A stretch of DNA of 56,936 nt from an uncultured Eubacteriales bacterium (GTDB lineage: Bacteria > Bacillota > Peptococcia > Peptococcales > SKKY01): assembly GCA_964574445.1 (NCBI GenBank), contig CAZNNQ010000007.1, positions 1 to 56,936 on the forward strand, in the 5' to 3' direction. The position numbers were made by a program, and so were the translations under genes. The notes below the pieces were generated by a model. The model had not been told where the DNA came from and did not search any database. It saw only the letters and a program-made list of their open reading frames with translations. Below are positions 36,519-44,632 of the stretch, piece by piece. Each line of letters starts with the position of its first letter. Position 1 is the stretch's first letter.

Positions 36519-36691
36519 TTATTGTCACCCCTCATTTACATAAAATCGCAGTATATAATGCTACCATATTCCCTTGACAAAATCAATAACACTGGAAAAA
36601 ATAAAAAAGAATTATAACATATTTTTTTTAGTTGCAAAATATTTATAAACCAAAAAAAATATTTCATAAACATTTTTTTTAAAAATTTTGG

Positions 36692-36769
36692 AGGGGACGC
36701 TTCCATTCGCCTCGTTTTATCCACAATTAATTATCTGTGGATAAAGTGAGCCAGATGGAAGCGTCCCCT
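36692..36769. repeat. Palindromic intergenic repeat, copy 1 (34-nt arms, each with a DnaA box)
   Basis: AGGGGACGCTTCCAT-N9-TTTATCCACA N10 TGTGGATAAA-N9-ATGGAAGCGTCCCCT. Boxes at 36717-36725 and 36736-36744. Confidence 0.9.
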
Positions 36770-36806
36770 AAAAAAAGGCCATCGCATTAATTAATGCGAT
36801 GGCCTT
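36770..36806 (-). terminator. Intrinsic terminator after rplL
   Basis: AAGGCCATCGCATTAATTAATGCGATGGCCTTTTTTT on the minus strand. Confidence 0.9.
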
Positions 36807-36829
36807 GGAATTTGCAATCGAAAAGTTAA

Positions 36830-37204
36830 TTACTTAACTTCTACAGCTGCTCCAGCTTCTTCAAGCTTCTTCTTAACATCTTCAGCTTCGTCTTTTGAAA
36901 CGCCTTCTTTAACTTTTCCTGGAGCTCCGTCAACTAATTCTTTAGCTTCTTTTAAGCCTAAGCCTGTGATTTCTCTAACAACTTTAATTACGTTGATTTT
37001 TTTCTCTCCAGCTGATGTTAATACTACATCAAACTCTGATTTTTCTTCTGCTACTTCTGCTGCTGCAGCTGGACCAGCTGCTGCTACTGCTACTGGAGCT
37101 GATGCAGATACACCGAACTCTTCTTCGAAAGCTTTCACTAATTCTGATAATTCTAATACACTTAAACCTTTTACTGTTTCTAAAATCTCATTGATTTTTG
37201 ACAT
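36830..37204 (-). CDS. rplL: 50S ribosomal protein L7/L12
   Basis: [28 protein letters not shown]. Confidence 0.99.
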   Translation of the reverse strand: MSKINEILETVKGLSVLELSELVKAFEEEFGVSASAPVAVAAAGPAAAAEVAEEKSEFDVVLTSAGEKKINVIKVVREITGLGLKEAKELVDGAPGKVKEGVSKDEAEDVKKKLEEAGAAVEVK

Positions 37205-37265
37205 TATAATTCCTCCTAATTTTTCTTTTAAATTTTAATTTTTAAATTACACAATTTGCTTAATA

Positions 37266-37793
37266 TTAAGCTTCTTGTCCTTTAACTTTTTGAACTTCAA
37301 CAAGCGCATAACCAAGTTTTCTGATTGGTCCCTGTAATACATTCGCCATACCAGCAATTGGAGACTGCATAACATTTGCAAGTTTTGCAAGAAGAACTTC
37401 TCTTGATGGAAGATCAGCCAATGCTTTAATTTCATCAACTGTAATTAACTTTCCTTCAAGAACACCAGCTTTAATTTCAAGTGCTTCGAATTCTTTAGCA
37501 AACTTTGAAAGAACTTGAGCTGGAGCTACAGCATCTTCAACACCGAAAGCTACTGCAGTCGGCCCTTTAAAATAATCCTGAATTCCTTCCAGACCCATAT
37601 CGTTAGCAGCAATAGTCATAAGTGTGTTTTTTAACACTTTGTATTCTACACCTGCTTTACTAAGTTCTGATCTTAATTTAGTCACCTGGGCAACATTTAG
37701 TCCGCGGTAATCTGTAACAATAAAAGATTTTGATTCTTTCATTTTTTCAGTAATTTCACCAACGACTACTTTTTTGTTCTCGAGGCTACCCAT
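37266..37793 (-). CDS. rplJ: 50S ribosomal protein L10
   Basis: DYRGL.V, V.KNTL, LADLPSRE. Confidence 0.98.
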   Translation of the reverse strand: MGSLENKKVVVGEITEKMKESKSFIVTDYRGLNVAQVTKLRSELSKAGVEYKVLKNTLMTIAANDMGLEGIQDYFKGPTAVAFGVEDAVAPAQVLSKFAKEFEALEIKAGVLEGKLITVDEIKALADLPSREVLLAKLANVMQSPIAGMANVLQGPIRKLGYALVEVQKVKGQEA

Positions 37794-37823
37794 AATTTCA
37801 CCTCCCCTAAAATTTTTCCAATT

Positions 37824-37940
37824 AAAAATGCCCCCGGATTTCCAGAGGCAAGGTAAACTGACACATTACTATATCAATAAACGTTCCACCTCCGCAGGAT
37901 ATTAAGTCCAATGAACACCGGCATTCTTAAGTAGATTACA
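37824..37940 (-). ncRNA. L10 leader (attenuator) with terminator hairpin
   Basis: TAAGA.TGCCGG...TTAATATCCTGCGGAGG core followed by TGCCTCTGGAAATCCGGGGGCATTTTT upstream of rplJ. Confidence 0.7.
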
Positions 37941-37958
37941 TATAAAATTCTTTTTTAA

Positions 37959-38648
37959 TTAAATTGAGAATGGATTGATTTTTACTCCAGGTCCCATTGT
38001 AGATGAAACTGTAACAGATTTCAAGTACTGACCCTTTGCAACAGCTGGTTTAGCTTTTTTAATTACATCTATAATTGTATTAGCATTTTCAACTAGCTTT
38101 TCTTGGTCAAAAGAAGCTTTTCCAACTGGTACAGCAACGATACTTGTTTTATCAACACGATATTCAATCTTACCAGCTTTTACTTCTTCAACTGCTTTCT
38201 TAACGTCAAGAGTTACTGTTCCAGTTTTTGGGTTTGGCATTAAACCTTTAGGTCCTAAAACTCTACCGATTTTACCTACAACGCCCATCATATCAGGTGT
38301 GGCAATAGCTACATCAAAGCCAAACCAACCTTCCTGAATCTTAGCAACCATATCTGCTTCACCAACGAAATCTGCACCAGCAGCTTCAGCTTCTTTAGCC
38401 TTCTCACCCTTAGCAAAAACAAGAACTTTTCTTACTTTGCCAGTACCGTGAGGAAGAACTACAGCACCTCTGATTTGCTGATCAGCATGTCTTGGGTCAA
38501 CACCAAGTCTAAATGAAAGCTCTATAGTTTCATCAAACTTAGCTTTTGCATTTTCTTTAGCTAATTTTACAGCTTCTTCTAAACCGTATAAATTTGTTTT
38601 ATCAAATGCTTTTAATGCATCTTGATATCTTTTTCCATGCTTTGGCAT
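37959..38648 (-). CDS. rplA: 50S ribosomal protein L1
   Basis: [28 protein letters not shown]. Confidence 0.99.
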   Translation of the reverse strand: MPKHGKRYQDALKAFDKTNLYGLEEAVKLAKENAKAKFDETIELSFRLGVDPRHADQQIRGAVVLPHGTGKVRKVLVFAKGEKAKEAEAAGADFVGEADMVAKIQEGWFGFDVAIATPDMMGVVGKIGRVLGPKGLMPNPKTGTVTLDVKKAVEEVKAGKIEYRVDKTSIVAVPVGKASFDQEKLVENANTIIDVIKKAKPAVAKGQYLKSVTVSSTMGPGVKINPFSI

Positions 38649-38664
38649 TTTTACTTTCCTCCTT

Positions 38665-38696
38665 TGTGGTATTTAACGGAAATTAATCCTCCCACA
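38665..38696 (-). promoter_or_regulatory. L1-binding mRNA hairpin before rplA
   Basis: TGTGGGAGGA...TCCGTTAAATACCACA next to the SD, a 23S L1-site mimic. Confidence 0.7.
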
Positions 38697-38712
38697 GCCT
38701 TACACCATTATC

Positions 38713-39138
38713 TTAGTCTTCAACTACGATACCCATGCTGCGTGCTGTGCCTTCAATAATTCTCATTGCTGCTTCAACTGATCCGGCGTTTAAGTCTACT
38801 AATTTCATTTCAGCAATTTCTCTAACTTTAGCTGAGCTTACTTTAGCAACTTTCTTTCTGTTTGGTTCGCCTGAACCCTTTGGAATACCTGCAGCTTTAA
38901 GAAGCAGAACGGCAGCTGGTGGTGTTTTTGTAATGAAAGTAAACGACCTATCAGCATAAACCGTGATTTCAACGGGAATAATTAAACCAATGTCTTCTTT
39001 AGTTCTTTCGTTAAAATCTTTACAGAATTGCATAATGTTAACACCATGCTGACCTAATGCAGGACCTACTGGAGGAGCTGGATTAGCTTTACCTGCTGGA
39101 CACTGAAGTTTAATGAATCCTATAACTTTTTTTGCCAT
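38713..39138 (-). CDS. rplK: 50S ribosomal protein L11
   Basis: [22 protein letters not shown]. Start ATG 39138. Confidence 0.99.
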   Translation of the reverse strand: MAKKVIGFIKLQCPAGKANPAPPVGPALGQHGVNIMQFCKDFNERTKEDIGLIIPVEITVYADRSFTFITKTPPAAVLLLKAAGIPKGSGEPNRKKVAKVSSAKVREIAEMKLVDLNAGSVEAAMRIIEGTARSMGIVVED

Positions 39139-39163
39139 TTCACGGTTCACCTCCTTATTCTAA

Positions 39164-39196
39164 TGTGGTAAGAGCGGATTATTAAATCCTCCCACT
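39164..39196 (-). promoter_or_regulatory. L1-binding mRNA hairpin before rplK
   Basis: GTGGGAGGATT...AATCCGCTCTTACCAC upstream of the SD. Confidence 0.65.
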
Positions 39197-39200
39197 TTAT

Positions 39201-39220
39201 AAAAAAGCCAAATTGGCTTT
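39201..39220 (-). terminator. Short terminator-like hairpin between nusG and rplK
   Basis: AAAGCCAATTTGGCTTTTTT. Confidence 0.45.
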
Positions 39221-39231
39221 AATATACTATT

Positions 39232-39756
39232 TTAAACTTCTTCAATCTCGCTATGATCAAGTTCAATAGGAGTTTCCCTGCCGAACATAGAAATCATAAC
39301 TTTGATTTTACCTTTTTCTAAATCAATTTCTTCTACGTTACCTACAAAATTTTCAAATGGTCCTTCTGTAACTCTTACACTTTGGCCAACTTTATAGTCA
39401 ATTTTGCCTTTAAATGTGCTTTCGCCCATTTTCTTAAGGATCTTTTGAACTTCATATTCCATCAATGGGATAGGCTTACCTCCTGTACCAACAAAACCGG
39501 TCACTCCGGAAGTATTGCGAACAAGATACCAAGACTCATCTGTTAAAACCATTTCAACAATAACATAGCTTGGGAAAATCCTTTTTTTGTTGACTTTCTT
39601 TTCACCATTTTTCATTTCAATCTGGTCTTCAGTAGGAACTATTATCCTAAAGATTCTGTCACCCATATCCATGGATTCTATTCTTTTTTCCAAATTGGCT
39701 TTGACTTTGTTTTCATAGCCAGCATAAGTGTGGACAACATACCAAGCTGATTCCAT
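39232..39756 (-). CDS. nusG: Transcription termination/antitermination factor NusG
   Basis: WYVVHTYAGYENKVK, VRNT.GVTGFVG, MFGRETP. Probable start ATG 39756. Confidence 0.98.
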   Translation of the reverse strand: MESAWYVVHTYAGYENKVKANLEKRIESMDMGDRIFRIIVPTEDQIEMKNGEKKVNKKRIFPSYVIVEMVLTDESWYLVRNTSGVTGFVGTGGKPIPLMEYEVQKILKKMGESTFKGKIDYKVGQSVRVTEGPFENFVGNVEEIDLEKGKIKVMISMFGRETPIELDHSEIEEV

Positions 39757-39811
39757 AATTAAAGGGTTCCGTTTTAAAAACTGAACCCCCACCCCCTAAT
39801 ACAATTTACTC

Positions 39812-40024
39812 TTAAATAATGAATCCCATAATAAGACTCAAAACAGAATCAAAGATCCAAATAATACCACTAACAAATAGAACAGAAACAAGAACTACTA
39901 TAGAATAAGTAGTTAATTCTTTTTTATTTGACCAGTGTACTTTTTTCAATTCGTTTAAGGATGCTCTCAAGAACTTTTTAGTTCTTGCCAAAAAGCCCTG
40001 TTTTTCAGTTTGCTTAACAGCCAT
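39812..40024 (-). CDS. secE: Preprotein translocase subunit SecE
   Basis: ELKKVHW motif plus one TM helix, between rpmG and nusG. Confidence 0.95.
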   Translation of the reverse strand: MAVKQTEKQGFLARTKKFLRASLNELKKVHWSNKKELTTYSIVVLVSVLFVSGIIWIFDSVLSLIMGFII

Positions 40025-40053
40025 TTTAAAACACCTTTCTGCTTAACTTGCAA

Positions 40054-40203
40054 TTACTTTGTTTCTTTATGAAGTGTATGTGTTTTGCATGTTGGACAGT
40101 ATTTTTTCATTTCAATTCTGTCTGGGTTATTTTTTTTATTCTTTTTTGTGTTGTAATTTCTATTTTTGCATTCTGTGCAAGCAATCGTTAATGCTACTCT
40201 CAT
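40054..40203 (-). CDS. rpmG: 50S ribosomal protein L33 (Zn-ribbon form)
   Basis: Below ORF cutoff. [49 protein letters not shown]. Confidence 0.97.
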   Translation of the reverse strand: MRVALTIACTECKNRNYNTKKNKKNNPDRIEMKKYCPTCKTHTLHKETK

Positions 40204-40266
40204 TGCCGCACCTCCTTAGATTTAGATTCATTTATATAAATAACTATATATATTTCGCACCTTAAG

Positions 40267-40295
40267 ACTTTAGCATATACCAATTAATGTGTCAA
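40267..40295 (-). promoter_or_regulatory. Sigma-A promoter of rpmG-secE-nusG
   Basis: TTGACA-17-TAAAGT with TGn extension. Confidence 0.7.
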
Positions 40296-40316
40296 CATTT
40301 TTAAAGTAGAAAGTTT

Positions 40317-40357
40317 AAAAAAACCTTCGCCTACCTTATGCAGCAAACGAAGGTTTT
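40317..40357 (-). terminator. Intrinsic terminator after the second tuf
   Basis: AAAACCTTCG...CGAAGGTTTTTTT. Confidence 0.8.
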
Positions 40358-40371
40358 GAAAATTTTATTTC

Positions 40372-41562
40372 TTACTCGTTAATACCTGATACAACGCCGG
40401 CGCCAACTGTTCTTCCACCCTCACGGATAGCGAATCTTAGTCCTGGCTCGATTGCGATTGGTGTGATTAATTCGATATCCATTTTGATGTTATCTCCTGG
40501 CATAATCATTTCTACACCTTCTGGCATTGAAATTGAGCCTGTTACGTCTGTTGTTCTGAAGTAAAACTGTGGTCTGTATCCATTAAAGAATGGTGTATGT
40601 CTTCCGCCCTCTTCTTTTGTTAGTACATATACTTCTCCAGAAAACTTTGTGTGAGGTTTGATTGAACCTGGCTTAGCTAAAACCTGGCCTCTGATTATAT
40701 CTTTTCTGTCAACACCTCTTAATAATGCTCCAATGTTATCTCCTGCTTGTGCATAGTCTAACAACTTACGGAACATTTCTACTCCTGTTACTACAGTTTT
40801 TCTTGGTGCTTCTGAAAGACCAACGATCTCTACTTCTTCACCAACTCTAACTTCTCCTCTTTCAACTCTACCTGTTGCAACTGTTCCACGACCTGTAATT
40901 GAGAAAACGTCCTCTACTGGCATTAAGAATGGTTTGTCGATTGCACGCTCTGGAGTTGGAATGTAGTCATCTACTGCTTGCATTAATTCTAGAACTTTAT
41001 CTGCCCATGGGCCATTTGGATCTTCTAATGCTTTTAAGCCTGATCCTCTGATTACTGGAATATCGTCTCCAGGGAATTCATACATGCTTAGAAGTTCTCT
41101 TACTTCCATTTCTACTAACTCTAATAATTCTTCGTCATCAACCATGTCAGCTTTGTTTAACCATACAACAATATATGGTACTCCTACCTGACGTGCAAGA
41201 AGGATATGTTCTCTTGTTTGTGGCATTGGGCCATCTGCTGCACTTACTACTAGGATTGCTCCGTCCATTTGAGCTGCTCCAGTGATCATGTTTTTTACAT
41301 AGTCAGCGTGACCTGGACAGTCTACGTGAGCATAGTGTCTGTTATCTGTTTCGTATTCTACGTGAGCTGTATTAATTGTAATACCTCTCTCTTTTTCTTC
41401 TGGTGCCTTGTCAATTTCATCAAACTTTGACATTTTTGCCATTCCTTTTGTTGCCAATACAGCTGTGATTGCTGCTGTTGTAGTTGTTTTACCATGGTCA
41501 ACGTGACCAATAGTTCCGATATTAACGTGGGGTTTTGTTCTTTCAAATTTAGCTTTAGCCAT
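40372..41562 (-). CDS. tuf: Elongation factor Tu (second copy)
   Basis: Protein identical to 25026..26216. Confidence 0.99.
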   Translation of the reverse strand: MAKAKFERTKPHVNIGTIGHVDHGKTTTTAAITAVLATKGMAKMSKFDEIDKAPEEKERGITINTAHVEYETDNRHYAHVDCPGHADYVKNMITGAAQMDGAILVVSAADGPMPQTREHILLARQVGVPYIVVWLNKADMVDDEELLELVEMEVRELLSMYEFPGDDIPVIRGSGLKALEDPNGPWADKVLELMQAVDDYIPTPERAIDKPFLMPVEDVFSITGRGTVATGRVERGEVRVGEEVEIVGLSEAPRKTVVTGVEMFRKLLDYAQAGDNIGALLRGVDRKDIIRGQVLAKPGSIKPHTKFSGEVYVLTKEEGGRHTPFFNGYRPQFYFRTTDVTGSISMPEGVEMIMPGDNIKMDIELITPIAIEPGLRFAIREGGRTVGAGVVSGINE

Positions 41563-41668
41563 TTTATTTTTTCCTCCTTGTTCTATTAATAATAATAGAA
41601 GTTCAACGTAATTGTTTTCAAGTCAAATATTAACCCAAATTTAGTAAAGAGTAAAGTATTTTTGCATT

Positions 41669-41700
41669 AAAAAAAAGATCCGGATAATCCGAATCTTTTT
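41669..41700 (-). terminator. Intrinsic terminator after the tRNA cluster
   Basis: AAAAAGATTCGGATTATCCGGATCTTTTTTTT on the minus strand. Confidence 0.8.
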
Positions 41701-41704
41701 CTCT

Positions 41705-41781
41705 TGGTGGCGGCGAAGGGATTTGAACCCCTGACCCTACGGGTATGAACCGTATGCTCTAGCCAGCTGAGCTACGCCGCC
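41705..41781 (-). tRNA. tRNA-Met(CAT), elongator type
   Basis: GGCGGCGTAGCTCAG...TACGG TTCATAC CCGTA...GGTTCAAATCC...ACCA. Confidence 0.92.
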
Positions 41782-41822
41782 TTAATTTTAATTTTATAAA
41801 TTTAATAATTTTTTATTGTCCA

Positions 41823-41898
41823 TGGAGCCCATAAGCGGACTTGAACCGCCGACCTCCACCTTACCAAGGTGGCACTCTACCGCCTGAGCTATATGGGC
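41823..41898 (-). tRNA. tRNA-Thr(GGT)
   Basis: GCCCATA acceptor stem, CACCTTGGTAAGGTG anticodon arm, encoded CCA. Confidence 0.95.
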
Positions 41899-41908
41899 AA
41901 AAAAAATT

Positions 41909-41984
41909 TGGTTGCGGGGGGAGGACTTGAACCTCCGGCCTCCGGGTTATGAGCCCGACGAGCTACCAACTGCTCTACCCCGCG
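41909..41984 (-). tRNA. tRNA-fMet(CAT), initiator
   Basis: CGCGGGG start with C1:A72 mismatch and GGG/CCC anticodon stem (TCGGGCTCATAACCCGG). Confidence 0.95.
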
Positions 41985-42028
41985 TTAATAATAAAAGTTG
42001 CCTTACCCAATAGAAATGTAAAAATGAA

Positions 42029-42114
42029 TGGTGGAGGGAACAGGATTCGAACCTGTGAAGGCGTAGCCAACGGATTTACAGTCCGCCCCCTTTGGCCGGC
42101 TCGGGCATCCCTCC
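42029..42114 (-). tRNA. tRNA-Tyr(GTA)
   Basis: GCGGACTGTAAATCCGT anticodon arm, long variable arm, CCA. Confidence 0.95.
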
Positions 42115-42127
42115 ATGATATAGAAAC

Positions 42128-42203
42128 TGGAGCCGACGATGGGACTCGAACCCGCAACCTGCTGATTACAAGTCAGCTGCTCTTCCAGTTGAGCTACGTC
42201 GGC
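42128..42203 (-). tRNA. tRNA-Thr(TGT)
   Basis: GCCGACG acceptor stem, CTGACTTGTAATCAG anticodon arm, CCA. Confidence 0.95.
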
Positions 42204-42221
42204 TTTTTTCTGACAAAGGTT

Positions 42222-42250
42222 ATTCTATAATATCCCCGGAGCAAAGTCAA
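42222..42250 (-). promoter_or_regulatory. Sigma-A promoter of the tRNA cluster
   Basis: TTGACT-17-TAGAAT, with -35 overlapping the yacP stop. Confidence 0.75.
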
Positions 42251-42762
42251 TGCTTTTTTCTTCTAATTTTTTCTAACTCCGCTAGAATATCCTTATTTAT
42301 GTTTGCTTCAAGATAGTTTCTTTTGCTAATAGTTTTTTTATCAATAATATCTCTATATTCTTTTTGAGTCTTTTCTAGCTCCTTTAATAGTTCTCGAGAA
42401 GAGACACGATAAGCTCCCTTTGACCAAATAATTTCTTGCTGCAGTTTATCTGAAGTAGCAACAAAAACTTTATGAGTTTTTAAAAGTTTACCTACCTCTT
42501 TCTCAATAACATGATCCGCAGAAATTCCATAGGGACTAAAAATAACTTCAACCTTACCATTTAGATATCTTTCACCAACATTATCCTTAACCTTATGACC
42601 ATCAAAAACTAAAATAATTTTGTAGTTTTTAAATCCGGCATAATTATTCATAATATGAATCAGGCGGTCTCTGGCGTCTTCTACACTTTCTTCCATCATT
42701 TTGGAAAGTTCCGGCCAGCTGTTCAAAATATTATAGCCATCCACAACCAGATAAAAATCCAA
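42247..42762 (-). CDS. yacP: NYN-domain ribosome-dependent endoribonuclease (YacP/Rae1 family)
   Basis: LVVDGYNI, LVFDG, SADHVIE, VATSD. Follows rlmB. Confidence 0.92.
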   Translation of the reverse strand: MDFYLVVDGYNILNSWPELSKMMEESVEDARDRLIHIMNNYAGFKNYKIILVFDGHKVKDNVGERYLNGKVEVIFSPYGISADHVIEKEVGKLLKTHKVFVATSDKLQQEIIWSKGAYRVSSRELLKELEKTQKEYRDIIDKKTISKRNYLEANINKDILAELEKIRRKKH

Positions 42763-42764
42763 GG

Positions 42765-43523
42765 CTACTTCCCATCCTTCTCATCTATTAATCTTTGACG
42801 AAGAAGTTCAAAAAGAATTACTCCCGTTGCAACAGAAACATTTAGGGAATTAACCTGTCCAATCATCGGAATCGTGATTACAGCATCACACTTTTTCAAG
42901 ATATTTTGACCAACGCCCTTGCTCTCATTACCTAAAACAATTGCAGTAGCTCCTGAAATTTTCCCTTTATAGATGCTTTGACCTTTAAGATCTGTTCCAT
43001 AAATCCAGACGTTTTTTTCTTTAAGCTTATCTATTAACTGAGACAGATTTGTGACCCTGGATATTAAAATGTTTTCCAAGGCACCTGCTGAGGTTTTTGC
43101 AACAGTTTCCGAAAGCATAACGGAACGGTTTTTTGGAATAATTATTCCGTGAACCCCTGCAGCTTCAGCTGTCCTGATGATTGCTCCGAAATTATGGGGA
43201 TCTTCAATAGAATCAAGAAGTAGAATTAAAGGATCTTCTCCTCTTTCATCTGCTTTTTTTAGGATATCTTCCCAGTCACAATATTCCTTAGCGCTTACTT
43301 CTGCTGCAATGCCCTGGTGATTTTTTTCGGGGAACATTTTATCCATTATATTTCTATCAATAAATTTGATTGGAACCCCCGTACCTTCAAGACTTCTCTT
43401 AAAATCCGCTACCGTACTTTCCCTAATGCCCTTACTTAGATAAAGTTTGTTCAGATTCTTTCCTGTCTTTATTAGTTCCATAACCGCATGTCTTCCATAG
43501 TAATATTGATCTGTTTTGTCCAT
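42765..43523 (-). CDS. rlmB: 23S rRNA (G2251-2'-O)-methyltransferase, TrmH/SpoU family
   Basis: NHQG, EDPHNFGAIIRTA, LGNESKG, IPM.G.VNSLNVSVA. Confidence 0.94.
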   Translation of the reverse strand: MDKTDQYYYGRHAVMELIKTGKNLNKLYLSKGIRESTVADFKRSLEGTGVPIKFIDRNIMDKMFPEKNHQGIAAEVSAKEYCDWEDILKKADERGEDPLILLLDSIEDPHNFGAIIRTAEAAGVHGIIIPKNRSVMLSETVAKTSAGALENILISRVTNLSQLIDKLKEKNVWIYGTDLKGQSIYKGKISGATAIVLGNESKGVGQNILKKCDAVITIPMIGQVNSLNVSVATGVILFELLRQRLIDEKDGK

Positions 43524-43541
43524 ATTTTATTCTACCTCTTC

Positions 43542-44234
43542 TCAAGCTATTGGGTTGAAAAAGTCATCAGTAAAAACAATTTCACCATAATTTTCTACTG
43601 CAAAATCTTCTTCATATGGGATGTCTGCAAATAATGTTGGCAGAATTTCTTTAAAAAACAGAAGAAGAGGAATTGCTATCTCTTTAATCTGGGGATGAGC
43701 ACCTTTATCGCATCTTAATTTTAAAAAATGTCTCCACTCTCTTAAATTATAAGTTACTACTATTTCAGTTTTTAACGAATTTGGCAAAACTGAACGCGCT
43801 TCTTGAGGTGTTGATCCTGCGTCAAGAAGAGCAAAATAATTTGTTTCAGCTTCCTCACATGCTTTTTTCCAAAGAGCATATTCTGCTGGTCGATTTCTGT
43901 AAAAGAATGGATCTATAACTGCTATCTCATTTCCAAACTTATCATTAGAATAGTTACAATATCTTGTTGACTCTTGTGAATAGCTACCAACTCTGTGACG
44001 CACGATTTCATGGGTAATCCCGCGATCTGTAATAAACATAAGTGTAATTTTTTCATGTTCAATAACAGATTCATGACCATGTTTTATAATACCACCTAAA
44101 AAGTTTGTATTTACTTCGTCCCTAAGTTTATCTTCAGACTTGTAACAAACACGGGCATATCTTTCAAGTTTCTTTAAAAAATCCTTTTGAATCTCTGATT
44201 TTGGAATCAGGACTTTGGCTTTTGTAATAATCAA
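43542..44234 (-). CDS. thyX: FAD-dependent thymidylate synthase
   Basis: GHESVIEH, HEIVRHRVGSYSQESTRY (RHRx7S), EARSVLP, AHPQI. Confidence 0.95.
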   Translation of the reverse strand: MIITKAKVLIPKSEIQKDFLKKLERYARVCYKSEDKLRDEVNTNFLGGIIKHGHESVIEHEKITLMFITDRGITHEIVRHRVGSYSQESTRYCNYSNDKFGNEIAVIDPFFYRNRPAEYALWKKACEEAETNYFALLDAGSTPQEARSVLPNSLKTEIVVTYNLREWRHFLKLRCDKGAHPQIKEIAIPLLLFFKEILPTLFADIPYEEDFAVENYGEIVFTDDFFNPIA

Positions 44235-44632
44235 TTTTTTCTCTCCTTTTCCTCTTTTTCCAAAAGATCCTCCAGGCGGTTGATAATCTCGCGGATTCTA
44301 TCCTTCTCTTCCTTTAAATAGAGATATCCCATTAATGATTCAAGGCCTGTGGCATTTGTATATTCTGTAATGTTTGATTGTTTTGGTATATATTTTGGCT
44401 TTGTATTCCGACCCCGGCGAAAGGCATCTGCCTCTTCTGGAGTTAATTCATTAATAATACTTAATATCAGTTTGCTTTGCATCGGAGCATTCACTCTGCG
44501 GATCGCCTCTTTATGAAGACGGTTTCCTCGATAATATCCTTTTTCAATTAAAGCCTTGCGAACTTCAAGTTCGTAGACTGCATCACCGATATATGCCAAA
44601 ACTATTCCTGTGTAATTTTTTATATCTTCCAT
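44231..44632 (-). CDS. mrnC: Mini-ribonuclease III
   Basis: LAYIGDAVYEL, RRGRN, Y..ATGLESLMGYLY. Confidence 0.95.
   Translation of the reverse strand: MEDIKNYTGIVLAYIGDAVYELEVRKALIEKGYYRGNRLHKEAIRRVNAPMQSKLILSIINELTPEEADAFRRGRNTKPKYIPKQSNITEYTNATGLESLMGYLYLKEEKDRIREIINRLEDLLEKEEKERKN

Noticed and set aside
36545-36640. rpoB promoter
   Set aside because: The candidates (TTGATT-17-TAGCAT; TTGCAA-15-TATAAT with TGn) are each imperfect and I could not choose between them.
36536-36724. 62-aa ORF upstream of rpoB as a leader peptide
   Set aside because: It begins inside the palindromic repeat and runs through low-complexity A/T tracts, with no SD.
41949-42230. ORFs 41949..42230 and 41975..42157
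   Set aside because: They overlap tRNA genes.
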